DNA of 64,000 nt from Lepidodermella squamata (lineage: Eukaryota; Animalia; Gastrotricha), in assembly GCA_047495785.1 (NCBI GenBank), contig JBLDXI010000032.1, forward strand, positions 1,488,001 through 1,552,000, read 5' to 3'. The position numbers and the translations under genes are program-made. Within the stretch, counting starts at the first letter, position 1. The number at the start of each line of letters is the position of its first letter. Below are positions 27,001 to 39,714 of this stretch, one piece after another. The notes beneath the pieces are model-generated. The model ran no database searches and was not told the origin of the DNA. It saw only the letters and a list, made by a program, of their open reading frames with translations.

Positions 27001-27557
27001 CAGCAAACAAACCTCTGCTTCTTGGCTTTCATCGATTTTGTCATTGTCGTCATCCTCGATGAAGTCATCCTGATACTCCCCAGTAACTTTTGCTGGAGCT
27101 CCAAAGTGCACATCGGGGCCGAAATTCGTTTTTATGTGCACGGATGACGCGACCCATGCCTTTCGCCTAGTTGGATTAGGAGCAGTACGGCTCCTCTGTT
27201 TCGAACTTTCCACGTGCATCGGATCTAAGAAAGAATGAGGAAATTAGTATATATTTCAGCTCGGCAAGTTTATTACCTCTGGCACTCAACGGTTTCTCCC
27301 ATGGCTTTCTACTTTCAGCAAATCCCTCCCCGATAGTAACTTTGCGCTTCTGATGAGCGCCATTGACGTAGACCGAAAATCCTTTTTCTTTCTTTTCTCT
27401 TTCTATGTCTTTGGCATCTTTGTTCTTGAGGGTTTTGAGCATGCTAACAGCAGATAAAATGGAATGTTAATAAATAATTATATCTGACATAAATAATATC
27501 ATACCGATTTCGGTTTTCTAGAAGAAGCAAATATTCTTCGTAAGCAACACGACTCAT
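21082..27557 (-). CDS. KATNIP: Katanin-interacting protein (KIAA0556), multi-exon ciliary protein
   Basis: N-terminus [38 protein letters not shown]. Repeated DUF4457-type motifs ([59 protein letters not shown]). Last exon 21119-21082 encodes [12 protein letters not shown]. Not all internal exon boundaries were resolved. Confidence 0.93.
21181..21285. repeat. 35-bp AT-rich minisatellite, three perfect copies plus degenerate flanks
   Basis: Unit AAATTTTATAATTTTAAAATTTGAATGAAATTTTG, in the last KATNIP intron (21120-21346). Confidence 0.9.
22051..22404. mobile_element. MITE family copy 2 (both TIRs present, in a KATNIP intron)
   Basis: Imperfect 24-bp TIRs CAGCGTGTCCCAGAGGTTGCGCAA and TTGCGCTACTTGTGGGACACGCTA with an 11-bp perfect core. 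No coding capacity and no clear TSD. Confidence 0.75.
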
Positions 27558-28212
27558 TCTCAGGCTTTCTCAGGCATCTGCTTTTCTGTTAAGGCTTTAA
27601 CACAATTGACACATACCTAAACTTGACTAAGGTGCAGAAAAATAAATCATTCGTTAAAAATTAATACACGATAAATAAGCCAGCACCTGCAATTCAACGC
27701 ACATGTCAAATGCCACGCAATTCCTGCCTAAAAACAGAAAACATCATACTCGAGTCACCTCATTAGTGCATTTCATCACATTAGAGTAAGCACGGGACAC
27801 AACAAGAAACAAAAATGAACTGAAGAAGCGGAAGCACGCAAAACAACATTATACAAGACGGCAAAGAATTGCGAGACTACAACAACAGTAGTAAGCACTG
27901 TACCCGAGATATTTCCGATAATCGTTAGCGCACCGCCGGAAGGAAGACCTAAGGACGCGTTGCTATTCTGAATAAACATTATTTTTCAACTAATATAATC
28001 ACTTTTATCAAAGTGGCGTTAACAAGTTAATATTAATCAGTTTTCATCAAATTATTTTTAGGGAGATTTGAATTTCACTTTTGGCGGGATTAGCTTTTAC
28101 TTTCGCACGCACCTTCAAACCTAAATGCACTAAAGCTACTACCTGTTGCGTTTTGTTTTACTTTGTGGCTCGTAAGATCGCTATCTAGCTCAGACACCGG
28201 TCCAATTTTCCA

Positions 28213-28932
28213 ATGGTTGCTCATCCAAGCCTCTCTAATGTTTTCTCGGCCGAAAATCTTTCGCGGTGTCGAGGTTTGTTGAAAAACGCATTTGTCGCGC
28301 TGAAGCATGGACAATCACAATCAGCAGAACCTAAACGTCAAGCTGCTGTTTTGATTCCTTACTGTTTGCATCAAAATAAGCCATCTGTGTTATTTGTTCG
28401 TCGGCCTCTTTTTATGAGAAAGCATCCCGGGGAAATATCTTTTCCTGGCGGGGGAGTGGAGCCTGGAGATGAAACGCTAGCTCACTCTGCCGTTCGAGAA
28501 TGCAACGAGGAACTGGGATTGAAAGTTTCTCATAGCTCTGTGCTCGGAGCGCTGCCGATGAATCTTCCGAACAAGGACGGATCTTTTCTAGTCACCGGAA
28601 TCGTTGCGTTTATCGGAGCTGTTGACGGACCTAATAGTCATCAAATGATGGAATCGCCAACTCATATTTTGAAACCTCACCGCGGCGAAGTGGACGACGT
28701 ATATATTGTGACCCTGGAAAAGCTGTATGAAAGCGAGAAATATGTCAGATTTCGTATACCTTCTAGAGGAGTAGGACTTCGTTATTGGACTGGTCCGTGT
28801 TACCCAGTGAAGTCATCTGATCATCCACCTCATCCCATTCAAATTTGGGGATTAACGGCTTTCATGTTACAACAATCCTTGAAAGTTGTGTTGCCTGATT
28901 ATCAGGCTACGACAAAATATAATAGAGATTGA
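28213..28932 (+). CDS. NUDT8: Nudix CoA diphosphatase, NUDT8-like
   Basis: Nudix box GGGVEPGDETLAHSAVRECNEELGL, CoA motif RKHPGEISFPGG, IWGLTA, and NUDT8-type N-terminus FSAENLSRCRGLL. No PTS1. Head-to-head with KATNIP. Confidence 0.88.
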   Translation: MVAHPSLSNVFSAENLSRCRGLLKNAFVALKHGQSQSAEPKRQAAVLIPYCLHQNKPSVLFVRRPLFMRKHPGEISFPGGGVEPGDETLAHSAVRECNEELGLKVSHSSVLGALPMNLPNKDGSFLVTGIVAFIGAVDGPNSHQMMESPTHILKPHRGEVDDVYIVTLEKLYESEKYVRFRIPSRGVGLRYWTGPCYPVKSSDHPPHPIQIWGLTAFMLQQSLKVVLPDYQATTKYNRD

Positions 28933-29224
28933 TCATTGAAAGTATTTTTTCAACGTTGATCTTATGTTGAAGTATTTTATATACCGGTGAAATATAACAC
29001 TTGCGTGTTTTACGATTTACTTGATTTCACATTTTCGATTTTCTGTAGATTTATGGCTGATGATTTAAAATGAAAAAGGCATCAACTGATGTGAGAAGCA
29101 CCAGAAAGTCCAACTCTCTCGAATCATCAGCTGATCGTATGTTGATTTTGCCATGACACTTCTGCCATTTCAAACTGTTAATCTTTCAGTTATACTTGAA
29201 GCGTTGGACTTGATTCAATACAAA

Positions 29225-29602
29225 ATGCAAGTCATGTCGACTGAGAACCAGCTTTTACAGTATATAAATTTGGCATAAATATTGATATCAGAAATAGATA
29301 CGATTTATAGGCTGACTCCCGAGCTTAAGCGTTCTGATAGTCGCTCTAATTACCGGAGTTCTGTGGTTACACCATCGCGTCCGTCGAAGTCAGCCAAAAT
29401 TTACGAAGGCTGTTGTCATACTCAATCATATCAGAAGCAAGCTTCAAAGCCGCCGTCGGGTGCTCGCAATATCCCAAAGCTATCCCGTGATAGCGCTACG
29501 CCTGTTTGCCCACGTTTTCGGAATGACTCTCGTTGCTCGAGTAGCCACTCAAAAGCTGAATTACCGCGGAAATTACACTCTACAGATGTTTACTGGGCTT
29601 AA
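29225..29602 (+). CDS. Possible small basic Ser-rich orphan protein (2 exons)
   Basis: Exon 29225-29259, a 51-bp GT-AG intron and exon 29311-29602 are in frame. No recognisable motif. Confidence 0.3.
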
Positions 29603-29750
29603 CTCGTGAACTAATTTTGCTAGTCATTATACGTATTAATGGATTTCTTTTTATAGAGGATTTTTATGTTCTTTCATTCCTATCATTGTTGCCGTGCAAC
29701 TTTTCCAAAACCAATTTTTGTGCTCATCAATATTTTCCGTTTTTTAGAGA

Positions 29751-31707
29751 ATGATGTATTTATTTGCATTGGTTCTATGTGGAGCTGGTTTCGCAGCTGG
29801 TCAGTTATCTCGAGCAAACCGGGCGATCGGTGAATCCTGTTCGCCGAGAGATCCGTCAAGTCGCTGCCCGAAATTTTCGTCTTGTTTCGCGCTAAATTGC
29901 GCTGATTCCGTTTGTATATGCGACGATGGTTATTGGCCTTCGAAAGATTTTACCGAATGTTTCCCCGCTGTAAAACTCGGCGGGACTTGCTCGCCTACCC
30001 AGACTTCATGCATGGGTCGCCCACCGAATTCGATGACATGCCGAAATTCGCAGTGTTCATGCGCTGACGGTTACGCAACAACCGACGACGGCCAGCGTTG
30101 CGGGCAGTATTTCGGTTTTGGGCCGTCTGTTGTTAAACTGAGCAGGTTGAATGATACTTGCGATGCCAAGTCGCGAAAATGCGCCCACGGCCTCGAGTGT
30201 CGACCGTACGCGCGAAATTCGCCCATCTCAACTTGTCAATGCGCGGCCGGTTTCAGGCCGAGAACGGCTCTTGAAGACCGGGTTCGTTTCAACACGATAG
30301 AAGACTGCCTAGCTATTTCCTACTCACTCGGCTGTCCTACTTCTACGACAACCACAACAACATCAACGTCAACAACCACTCAAACGACTACGCCTACTAC
30401 TACTACAACCACGTTGAAAACAACGGTAACAAATCGGGTGACTACAAGAGCGACAACGACCACTACTGAGGCGCCGCCTACGGAAATGGAAGCGCCGATA
30501 AGAACCCGCCCGACGAGAAGGCCAGTAGCAGCAGCAACAACAACAGAAATGCCAGAAAAACAGACCGTTGGTAAAGTGGAGTATCTCAACACAACAATTC
30601 GCGCGCCGATTCGCCGGACGCGAAGCACTTCAACGACACCGAAAACAACAAGGTATTATTTTTAGGCGGGAAAAAAATCATATAATGGTCAGTTTTGGAC
30701 GTTAGGAAATTTATGGTAGGAAAAATTGGGCTAAGTATAATTGGAAAATTGAGACATTAATCTTTTAAGATGGATTTAATGTTTCGTATGAATTGAGAAA
30801 AACTGAAAAGAAAACTTGGAATTGGTGATTTTATGTTATTTACAAAATACGTACATAATTTAAGGAGGAGTTTTTAATATTTTTTTTGAGAATTTTCGTT
30901 CAATTATTTTATTTTTCTATCAAAATTCTATTCAAGTCTGATAATTTTCTAGAGGGAATATTCAAGTTATATTTTTTATTTGAAAAATATTTCCTCTGGT
31001 GTTTACAGTGCTAATTTCATTTGTGTAGAATTGTCGCCCCAAGAACGTGTTATTTTCATTGTTAATCCACGTTTTTTTTGTTTCAGTACTGCTTCGACTA
31101 CAACAACAGCAAGAACGCGACGCACAACGTTGAACATTATTGACACTGTCACGTTGAAGTAAGCCTGCCTGCCTACCTATTGTTGTATTTACTTTTTCTC
31201 AACCGTTGCGTTGTTTTTCTTGTGTTTTTCCAACAACACAGTACCATCAGCGTAGCCCGCGAACCGCTGGTTTTACCCATTGACTTGATCGTGCCGGCGG
31301 CTGTCGTCGCAGCGTTATGCCTGCTCGCCGGCATTCTCGGCGTTGCGTGCGCCTGTGTGCGTCGAAACCGCCATTTCTCCGGCAAGAAGAGCCACGGCCC
31401 GGGTACAATGTCAGCAGTTGCGACGGCTATCGGCAGCGGGGCGTCGTCGGACATTGACGAGCGCAACGGGCCGAATGCCGGCTGGTCTGGCGCGATTTTG
31501 TCGCCGGATCGCCAGATGTCATCGCCTGAGATGCTCGAATCACCGAACGGCCTGGTCGACGATGAAGTGCTGATTGTGGCGACTTCAGAGGCGCCGCATA
31601 CAAGCCGCGCGGCGGCTATTTTCAGCAACAATTTTGCCGGGCCAGAATCGCCGTCGGGCATGACGTTGAATGAAGGTAATAATTATTACGCTGATGATTA
31701 TATGTAA
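29751..31707 (+). CDS. Type I membrane protein: signal peptide, three EB/EGF-like Cys modules, Thr-rich mucin stalk, TM, cytoplasmic tail
   Basis: Exons 29751-30652, 31087-31158 and 31242-31707. Modules of the type IGESC...C...C..CICDDGY; TM LIVPAAVVAALCLLAGILGVACACV followed by RR. May splice onward from a donor after 31675. Confidence 0.8.
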
Positions 31708-33364
31708 ATGAGGCGAGTTGGGCCTAGGGCCATATCCTGTTTCCGCGATTCGACGCGGTGTCACCTAGGTCAGGCGTAGTAATTTTAAGGCGGCTGTGTT
31801 TGATGCGAAAAGGCGCCCATTGAGGCTTAATGACTGTAATTAAAATCGAAAGTTTGAAGTAATTGAAGTGAAAGCTTAACTTCTAAATGATCCCTTGTTG
31901 CGCAGAATTAAGGCTAAATTGCAAAATATACATAAATGGAGTAAAATAATCCCTAATTTTCCTATTTTATGAAAAAAAATGAAAAATATCTCCAATGATT
32001 GAGGCTATTAATCGATACAAGAAACGGATTTCTGTATGCTAGGAGAAACAAAAAGAATCAAGAGAAAAAATTTAAAGTGGAATTTTTATTTTCGAATTTT
32101 CCTATATTAAAAGCGTACTGGATCACTTTTCCTGCTAGTTTTTATCAGATTCAGAGGAGAAAAGCCTGCCAAATTCCAATCTCAGTCTCAGTTTTTTTAT
32201 TTGTAGGCATATTTTTCGCTATCAGCTTGATCTTCATGTCCACATCAGAGTGCCAGGATTTTCAGCGATTTTAGTCGGGTTTGAATATTAAATCGTAATT
32301 TTAAGCTGGATTTTTCATTTATTTTGTTGAATTTTCCCCCTTTTTTATTTCTTTTTCCTGCCTCTTCAGTTAGTTTATGTAAATATTAGCAATTTGCCTC
32401 GAGGTAAAAATTTGGCGATCATCCGGCGGAAAATGCAAATACAGCTCAAGCCCACTTGAAACAATAGCGTTTGCTCGATTTGTTATTTCTGTCGCTCTTT
32501 TGCCGCATGAAAATTGTTGATTGAAAACAACAAGAGCTGTTCAATTAATTTATCAATTTTCATCGCGTTCTTGTAGTTCTAGATTACAAAGAGTCAAATG
32601 GCGCCTGCTCGAGACACGCGAGAAGCATTTTTGCTGCGATAAAACGTCCGGCTTTTTGCCGCTTCGCATTTGTAATTGCTATGAATTGAAGAATGGAATC
32701 GCCATCGAGTAATGAACGCGCTGTGTCGACGGTGTTTTGATTAAGGTGGCTTCGTGAAAACAAAACGGCTCGCGTCTTTATTTTAACAACGAATATCTGA
32801 GACGACGGCGACTTTAAAACGAAGCAACAGTTTGGTGGAGTTTGTAGGTACCCATTGTTGTGTTGATGTTTTGTCTGAATTTCTTGATGCGCTGGCTTGG
32901 CCTTATGTGTGTTATAAGGAGATAGCCGCGGCATGCGCTGTAATCGCCGCTGCAATTTGCGTGTTTGTATTTTGCGGCCGCTTTCCTTCGAGGCGTTGCG
33001 TGTGAACTCGAGTATACCCATCCATATATGCGCGCGCTTGGGGTTTGCTCTGAAGCGACGCTCGCGCTTGCTATAGGTATAGCAGCTCATCATTACCTAC
33101 AATCAGCGAGCGGCTAATGCAAGCAAGGATGACCTTTGCATTTACAATGGATGATGATAGAAAGAAGACGACACCCATTTCGCACGGGCAGATGATAAAA
33201 CAAGGTGACGCAATCGATTCAGCGTTTACCGGGTGATTACACAAACAACCCGTTTATGTGTAGTGTTTATTTACCTGAGATTGGCACTTTTGACCCTACT
33301 CGAGCAAATAGTTGTTGATTTTTCTCATCACAATAATTACCTTTTGTCCCATTTCCTGTGCCAG

Positions 33365-33711
33365 GAAACAGCAATGTTGTAGCCGGCCTGGTACCGCCAC
33401 TGCCGTCGCGGCACTACAACCAGCAGACTTATATAGCGAATGCCGCGGCTTCGATCGGGGCGACCAGGCAACAGGCGGTTCTACCGCCCCCGTTGCCCGC
33501 CCGGCCGGTCTACGGCACTATCCAGCGGACATCGGGCTCGTCCTCAAATAACAATCAGCCCGCCGGGTTCATGACCACCGGGCGTAATCCGAGAAACTCA
33601 TCGCCGTCAACTCTGGGCACAAATCGGAGTAACGGCCAGCAGTCGTCGCAGATTCTCATCAGTCATCAGCAGCTGCGGCAGATGCGGTTGAATACGAATA
33701 ATAGAAATTGA
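33365..33711 (+). CDS. Pro/Gln/Asn-rich terminal exon (probably an extended tail of the upstream membrane protein)
   Basis: Acceptor tttcctgtgccag at 33364, phase 1. Encodes PPLPSR and PPPLPARP. Compatible phase-1 donors follow 31675 and 33204. Confidence 0.45.
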
Positions 33712-35206
33712 ATTGACTCGAGATTTCACATTCGAAGTGCTTCCAGAATTAAATATTGAACAAAAAATCGACCTTGATATTAATTAATGCTCAATAATCG
33801 AAGAAGTGAGTGAACGTGTTCTCATTTGACCCAGAAAAATGACGCCAAATATCGAATTCCAATCGGCCAATTTCGATTTTAACATAATAATCTAAGAAAT
33901 CGGTGAAAAATGTCCCTTTTCGTCTCAAAAAAGTGCTCATCAATTGAGAATGTAAAAAATCTGCAATCTCCAGGCCATGATATTAATTACGTTTTAAGCC
34001 AATTTTATAAAATATTTCGCGTTTTTTGTTGTTGTGTTTCATCTCATTAATACTATAATCTGCACGTGTTTATGTTGTTAAGTTTTTGTTGCTCTTTTTT
34101 GATATTTTGAATTTTATTTGAGAAAAAAATGAAATTATTTACTTATTTCTCGACTGCTCATTGATTGGGCTATAAAAAACGACTTCAAGACAAGTATTAA
34201 GCCTTCGGCTGTAAATAGCGCAATTACGCTGATGTTATATAAATTCTGAAAAATGCCAAAATTTGGCTAAAAAATGTGATGAAACTATAACGGGTTGACA
34301 ATAATTCTACTAACGACTGTTGCTGTTTTTTTTGTTTCTCTTTTTATATCGCGAAAAATATATTATATTGGCTGTTTCATCCATTTTTTCTACTGTGTTT
34401 CATTCTACGGTTGTTATTGCAGAGTAAATGCGAGCGCAACAGAAGTTTGAGACTGCTGTGCTTTGCTAAACTGAGAATTATTTACTGTTTTATTGCCATC
34501 AATCGACGTAATTCCAATCTCAAATCGTTATATTAATTTTGGAAGCATGAGAATAATGTGGCGATGGATGACGATGAAAACTATCGAAACGTGGAACGAA
34601 AGACTGTTTCTTGAGCTCGCTTTGTCTGTTCATTTAATTTTTCTATGAATAAAACGTAATCGATTTCAAGGTCTTCATTAATTCACCTCCTATGGGTAAC
34701 TACGGTAACATCCCACTTGGGCCATTTCCAAAACAGAATATCTTTTAGCGGAGCCAGATTTGCATTTCGTGGAACCTCAGTCGAAATGAGTCGCTTTTTG
34801 AATAATTTTACGAATTTCAGGCGAATGTTAAGTTGAATTTAATGGTGTTTTTCTGTAGAATTATTGTGGTCAATTTTGATACCCAAGAAATATCCGAAAC
34901 GTGATTACAGGCCGCTATAAAATTTCAAAATTTGGTTACGGTAAAAGGAGGACCCTCTCCCAAAATAACTACATCTGGTCGAAAATTTGGTGGAAATGAA
35001 CCAGGGCTTTTTCCAGTTCAAAATATGTGACGAAGGGTGACTAAAAGGTGTTAATGCACGAGGAAGGATGATGAAGTACTCCACACAGTTGAGTACGTAG
35101 CCGGTGCACCGAGATAGTGTTTATCAGTGCGATCCTCACTGATGAGATCGCCCACAGGCGTAAAGATCCGAGGATAATACTCTTTCACTGGGCGAAGCTC
35201 GTCGTG

Positions 35207-37305
35207 ATGCAGGCTGAAAAAATCCCGGCCAACGCTTGTTTCGTCGTTATATTAGGTTGGTGATTATTGTGGGAAGCATTGAAACCAATACCAAAGCATT
35301 TTTATTATGAATTTAAGCAGCTATTTGTCATTGTACTTCTGGCCAGAATGATGGAACAATGAGTACGGAAGGTGATTCTACAACTGTTCAAACGACACTA
35401 CCCGACCTGCAAAATTCGACTAGCCTTCAAACTGAAACCAACTCGACGGAAAATACTCCAAGTATAGCACCCCAAACTGGATTGGGAAACGAAACATCCG
35501 TTGTGGAGAAATCGGGCAATCCAAACGAACAGACTCAGTTCGACACCACTGCTATTTTTCCTACTACGACGACCCTGGCAACAGAGGAAACGACTCAACC
35601 TACGACGACCACTACAACTACTACTACTCAAAGCACAACCCCTGTTTCAACATCAACAACGACCGTTCCAACAACTACAACAGCTATTACAACCACGACT
35701 ACAGCTGCAACTACCACAGCCCCAATAACTACTACGACAACGCCCCAAACAACAACAGCGATGCCTTCAACCACCACAACTTACAGCCCGTCGACAACCA
35801 CAACGTTCCATTCGACAGTATCCACTACCACGGCAGGGACAACGACAGCTTTGCCTTCAGCTACGACGACACTCAAATCCACTACGTTAACCACTACAAC
35901 CAGTACTTCAACTACTGCCGCACCTACAACAAGAAGGGTAACAAACGAAAACTTGATGCAAATAAAAAATAAAATGATTCATGTTTTCTAGCCAAGTACC
36001 ACCACCCAATTCCTTTCTAGGACCTACTCATCAACAGCGGTAACGTATCGTCCAACTTCTCCGATAGCAGGGCCGCCTACAACGACTATGAGACCAACAA
36101 CCAGGTTTGCAATAACCACGGCTGATTCAAAGTCGACTCTGATTGACTCGGAACCAACGTCAACTTCTTTGAAACCTTCTACAACCACCTCCTTTCCTTC
36201 TACATCCAACTCCATCACTTCGGATGTCAATTTAAGCGTCACGACATCTACGTTGGCTTGCAACACCGATAAGTCCACCCTCAGGACTATGGCGACAACC
36301 ATGAGTTCTCCGATAAAGACAGAGAGAGTGACGACGGTAGCCTCACGTTTACCTTCGAATGGAACCATGAAGAGAACCATAGCTCCAAGACCAAGTCGCG
36401 GTTCTACAAAGAAGCTTCTCCAACCTGAAACGTTACCCACTACTACACCAACAACTCGACCTGTCAACTACTGGACTTGCGCAAGAAAAGATGTAACTGT
36501 TCCAGACAATGGTATCGTTGTTATGCAGTCTTTTACCGGGCTCCATGCGAATCTTAACCAATTCGTCCAGTTTGGCTGCAGGGCTGGATACAAGCTGATT
36601 GGTCAGAGTTATTCGAAATGCTTGTTCAATGACGTAACAGGAGCGACTTGGTCAACCCCACCAGATTGTCAAAGGCATGTGGCTAACCCTGAGAAACCAG
36701 CAAGTCCAACGGGCCAACAATCGTTTCTGCCCACGGAAGAAGAACCGGCATGCCCTGCCATTGTACCAGGGCAGTCTGGTTCGTGTGCGATAAAATGTCA
36801 ACGTGATTCTGAATGTAACAGGTCGAAAATACCAGGGTTCTATGGCGAGAATTACTCGAGGTGTTGCTTCAATGGATGTGGTAGAGAGGTGAGGTTAAAA
36901 CCAAACTCTACATTAAAACTGACATTGTAATTACAGTGCTTAAGAGCTGAAGTGCCAGCGAAACCTATGGCGAGCTTCGCGAAATGGCAGTACCAGCCTT
37001 TGTGTAATTGTTTCTGTTACAAACGCATTAATGTCAACTCTGTCGCTCAAATTCCGTGGTTCAGTAGGCAACAACAGCATGGCGGCACTGATAACCGATG
37101 GAAAGCTTCAGTGGCAAGTAGATTGAACTTAGGCGGCCAGAACAGCAACGATCCCTTTAGCTTGTACAAATCTGCAATTGACGAGCCGGTTTTCAGAGCT
37201 GGGCCAGATTTTGCCAGCCAACCCCGAGAATTTAAACTGCCACCGCGAAACGGAAAATTTTTCAGAAGTCATTGTGTATGTGTATGTCCCGATGATAACG
37301 ACTAG
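35207..37305 (+). CDS. Secreted mucin-like protein with Sushi/CCP and WAP domains (4 exons)
   Basis: Exons 35207-35255, 35321-35937, 35992-36888 and 36937-37305. Signal peptide, long Thr/Ser/Pro region, CCP (VQFGCRAGYKLIGQSYSKC..WSTPPDC) and WAP (CP..GSCAIKCQRDSEC..RCCFNGCGREC). Confidence 0.85.
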
Positions 37306-37339
37306 CTATCCTCATCAAAAATAAATAATTTATTGCGAA

Positions 37340-39417
37340 TTAAAAAATTGGGCAAGTATCACTCGGATGCATCCGCGATCCAGCCGGACAGCCGAACGCT
37401 TTCGCAAATGCGGCGCTATGACTTAAAGCTCCCAGAACTCGGGATCTTGGAGGAGAACGAGACTTCGGATTTGAGTTTGCCTTACTCGAGCAATGGTATT
37501 GCGTGTATGAAAGGAAGAACAGTTGATCTTGAGCTGGAGTAGTTTTCGGGAGTATTTCTCGGAAAAATTCATAAGCCATTTGAACACTTGCAATATCAGC
37601 GATATCCGCATTCGTCGTATCTTCGTAGGCGTCATTTCGGAAGCGTTGATAGAAATTGCCGATACAATCCCTCCGTTCTACGAAGAAAGCATCTTGCCTT
37701 AACTCGGTAACAGCCTCTTGTCGATTTAGGAAATGAGCGATCTCTTGGAAAATTATTGAAACCATCCCACCGAAGTGAACAGGAATTGGATAAGACACAT
37801 CAAACACTGGTGGCGTCAGGACTGGCGCGAGATATGTAATAGTGTTGTTCTGACGTTCTTCAAGCGCTGATACAGGTTTGAAAGCCTGCGCTGCTCGTCC
37901 GTTAACATAAGTTTGCCGTAAACGATTTCCGATGTTGATAGCAACTGCATTAGCATAGTTTTGCAGGTAGCTTTCGTTTGACACCTTGAGTTGTTCGAAA
38001 TAACTGTTTAGAGATGTTTCATTCACAGTCCAATCTGGTGGCCAAACCTCGAATGTCAGCCCATTCAACTCGGATTCGAGGACTTTTTTCGAGGTTGCGC
38101 TCAATTTTTCCGAATTGAGAACTTTATTTTTGAATCTAGCCGCAGCTTCTTCGCTGATTCTCAAGACGAATTTTGAGGCTTTTGGGTTAACGATTGAACG
38201 GCGATATAACGAAGCCACGGCGAAGGGCATGAATTTCGAAACATCTTTCAAACAAGTCTCCACTGATGCTTCTTTCTCAAGTAGTGGAAATGCATCGACA
38301 AGAGCATTGAAAACAAAGTAGTTCTGCAGAGTTTGCTGGCCTGGTCTAGTCAGCATTTTCTCAGCCACAATTTTGCAAGCATGATTGAGATACGGGCAAA
38401 GGTTAGCTGGCGAATGAAGTTGGATGCTGTTCAGATCAAATCCTATCCGCGCAGAGATTTCGTTGATAACAGCGGACCAATTGAAGATTCGGCAGCATGT
38501 TTGCAAACTTTTAGGAGTAGAGTGGCTAACCAGCTCTTCCGAATTCGCCGGATCGAATTTTGCGAACTGCCGAGCAAGTGTTACTACGTCATCGATTCGA
38601 GCTTCAGATGGACCACTGAGGGCTACCGAAATTTGCGATAAATTTCTTTTGGCGAATGCCATTTTATGGCTGCCAATGTCGAGTATTTTCGAAATTTTGT
38701 CTCGATTATCGGATGGCAAAAGAGAAAGTCGAATTATATTATCCAAGCTGTAGCTGAACAATTTGCTAAATCCAGCCTTCAAATCATCAGCTTTGTCGAT
38801 TGCGTTGGAGTCGAATCCACCCATATCTTTAACAATTGACTTCAAATAGGAAAGCTTTGTATCGTGGGATGAGCCATTCAAGCCATGATTCAAGCATGAG
38901 AAATAAAAATCGCGAAGTTTCTTATCAGCGTCCCATTTGAATAAATCATCCATACCTGCAAGCAGATTGTAAAGAAACGTTTTCAGAAATCATTGCTCGC
39001 TCACTCATAAGTTCAACGAGGGTATTTCCAGCTTTAATGTCTCCACTCCCAGGCTTCAATGGTTCGTAATTACCACAAGCATATTCGTAGAAGTCATTGC
39101 ATGGATTAACGGTTGGTTTCATCGCTCGAAACATGTTTCTTATTCGGTCCTTGTTCGGTGCTGTTAAGATTTCAGCTTCATCGATTGGTGGGAAATTGCT
39201 CATCCAATTCTTCGACATTTCAGCTTCGATTCGCGCCATCTCTATCATTCTTGCCCAGCCTACCGCAGACATTAGGATCAAAATGGCCCCAACAACAAAC
39301 ACTGCAATTCGCTTTACTGAAAAATGATGTATTCGAATTTGTTGATAATTGTAACAATTTAATACCTGTGCATATTGGACCGGATTCTTCATCACCATGA
39401 AAAACGAATGACGACAT
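37340..39417 (-). CDS. M13/neprilysin-like protein 1, probable pseudo-peptidase
   Basis: Type II TM, VNPCNDFYEYACG and C-terminal FAKAFGCPAGSRMHP. HExxH reads QEIAH, ExxxD reads ADIAD, and the His motif reads RSPP. Introns 39317-39365 and 38956-39004. Confidence 0.9.
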
Positions 39418-39714
39418 AGTCTGGCTTGCTAAATCAGTGTATTTCTTTTGTAGTCTAGTCTAGTCTAGCTCTCGGTATGATAACGCTCATCGTTACTGGG
39501 AAATCGTGTTGTTGGGTATGAATCTGGAACGATAACTCATCGCGTTATCAGCTGGCCTTGTAATTCATTTGTAACATCTCTTCCCATCCGAAAAGCATGA
39601 TGCGCAGACAAAAACACGCTACCGCACTGACAAGAGCTTCTAATCAAGCGTGTAAATTGCATTTGTATAGCAAATACATATATTAGGATAGATATCCATT
39701 TTATTGAGAAAAAT

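Noticed and set aside
32584-33093. 169-aa minus-strand ORF
   Set aside because: No motif, and plus-strand splice signals explain the region better.
35040-35220. TGATGA/CTGA boxes and CTGATGAG followed by a hairpin, suggesting a C/D snoRNA, U3 or hammerhead ribozyme
   Set aside because: No GAAA follows the stem as a hammerhead core requires, there is no U3 box A or terminal stem, and the final CTGA lies inside the coding start of the mucin gene.
38946-39004. Apparent frameshift between overlapping M13 ORFs (also at 50465/50524 and 57871/57934)
   Set aside because: Explained by short GT-AG introns at a shared position; not pseudogenes or programmed frameshifts.
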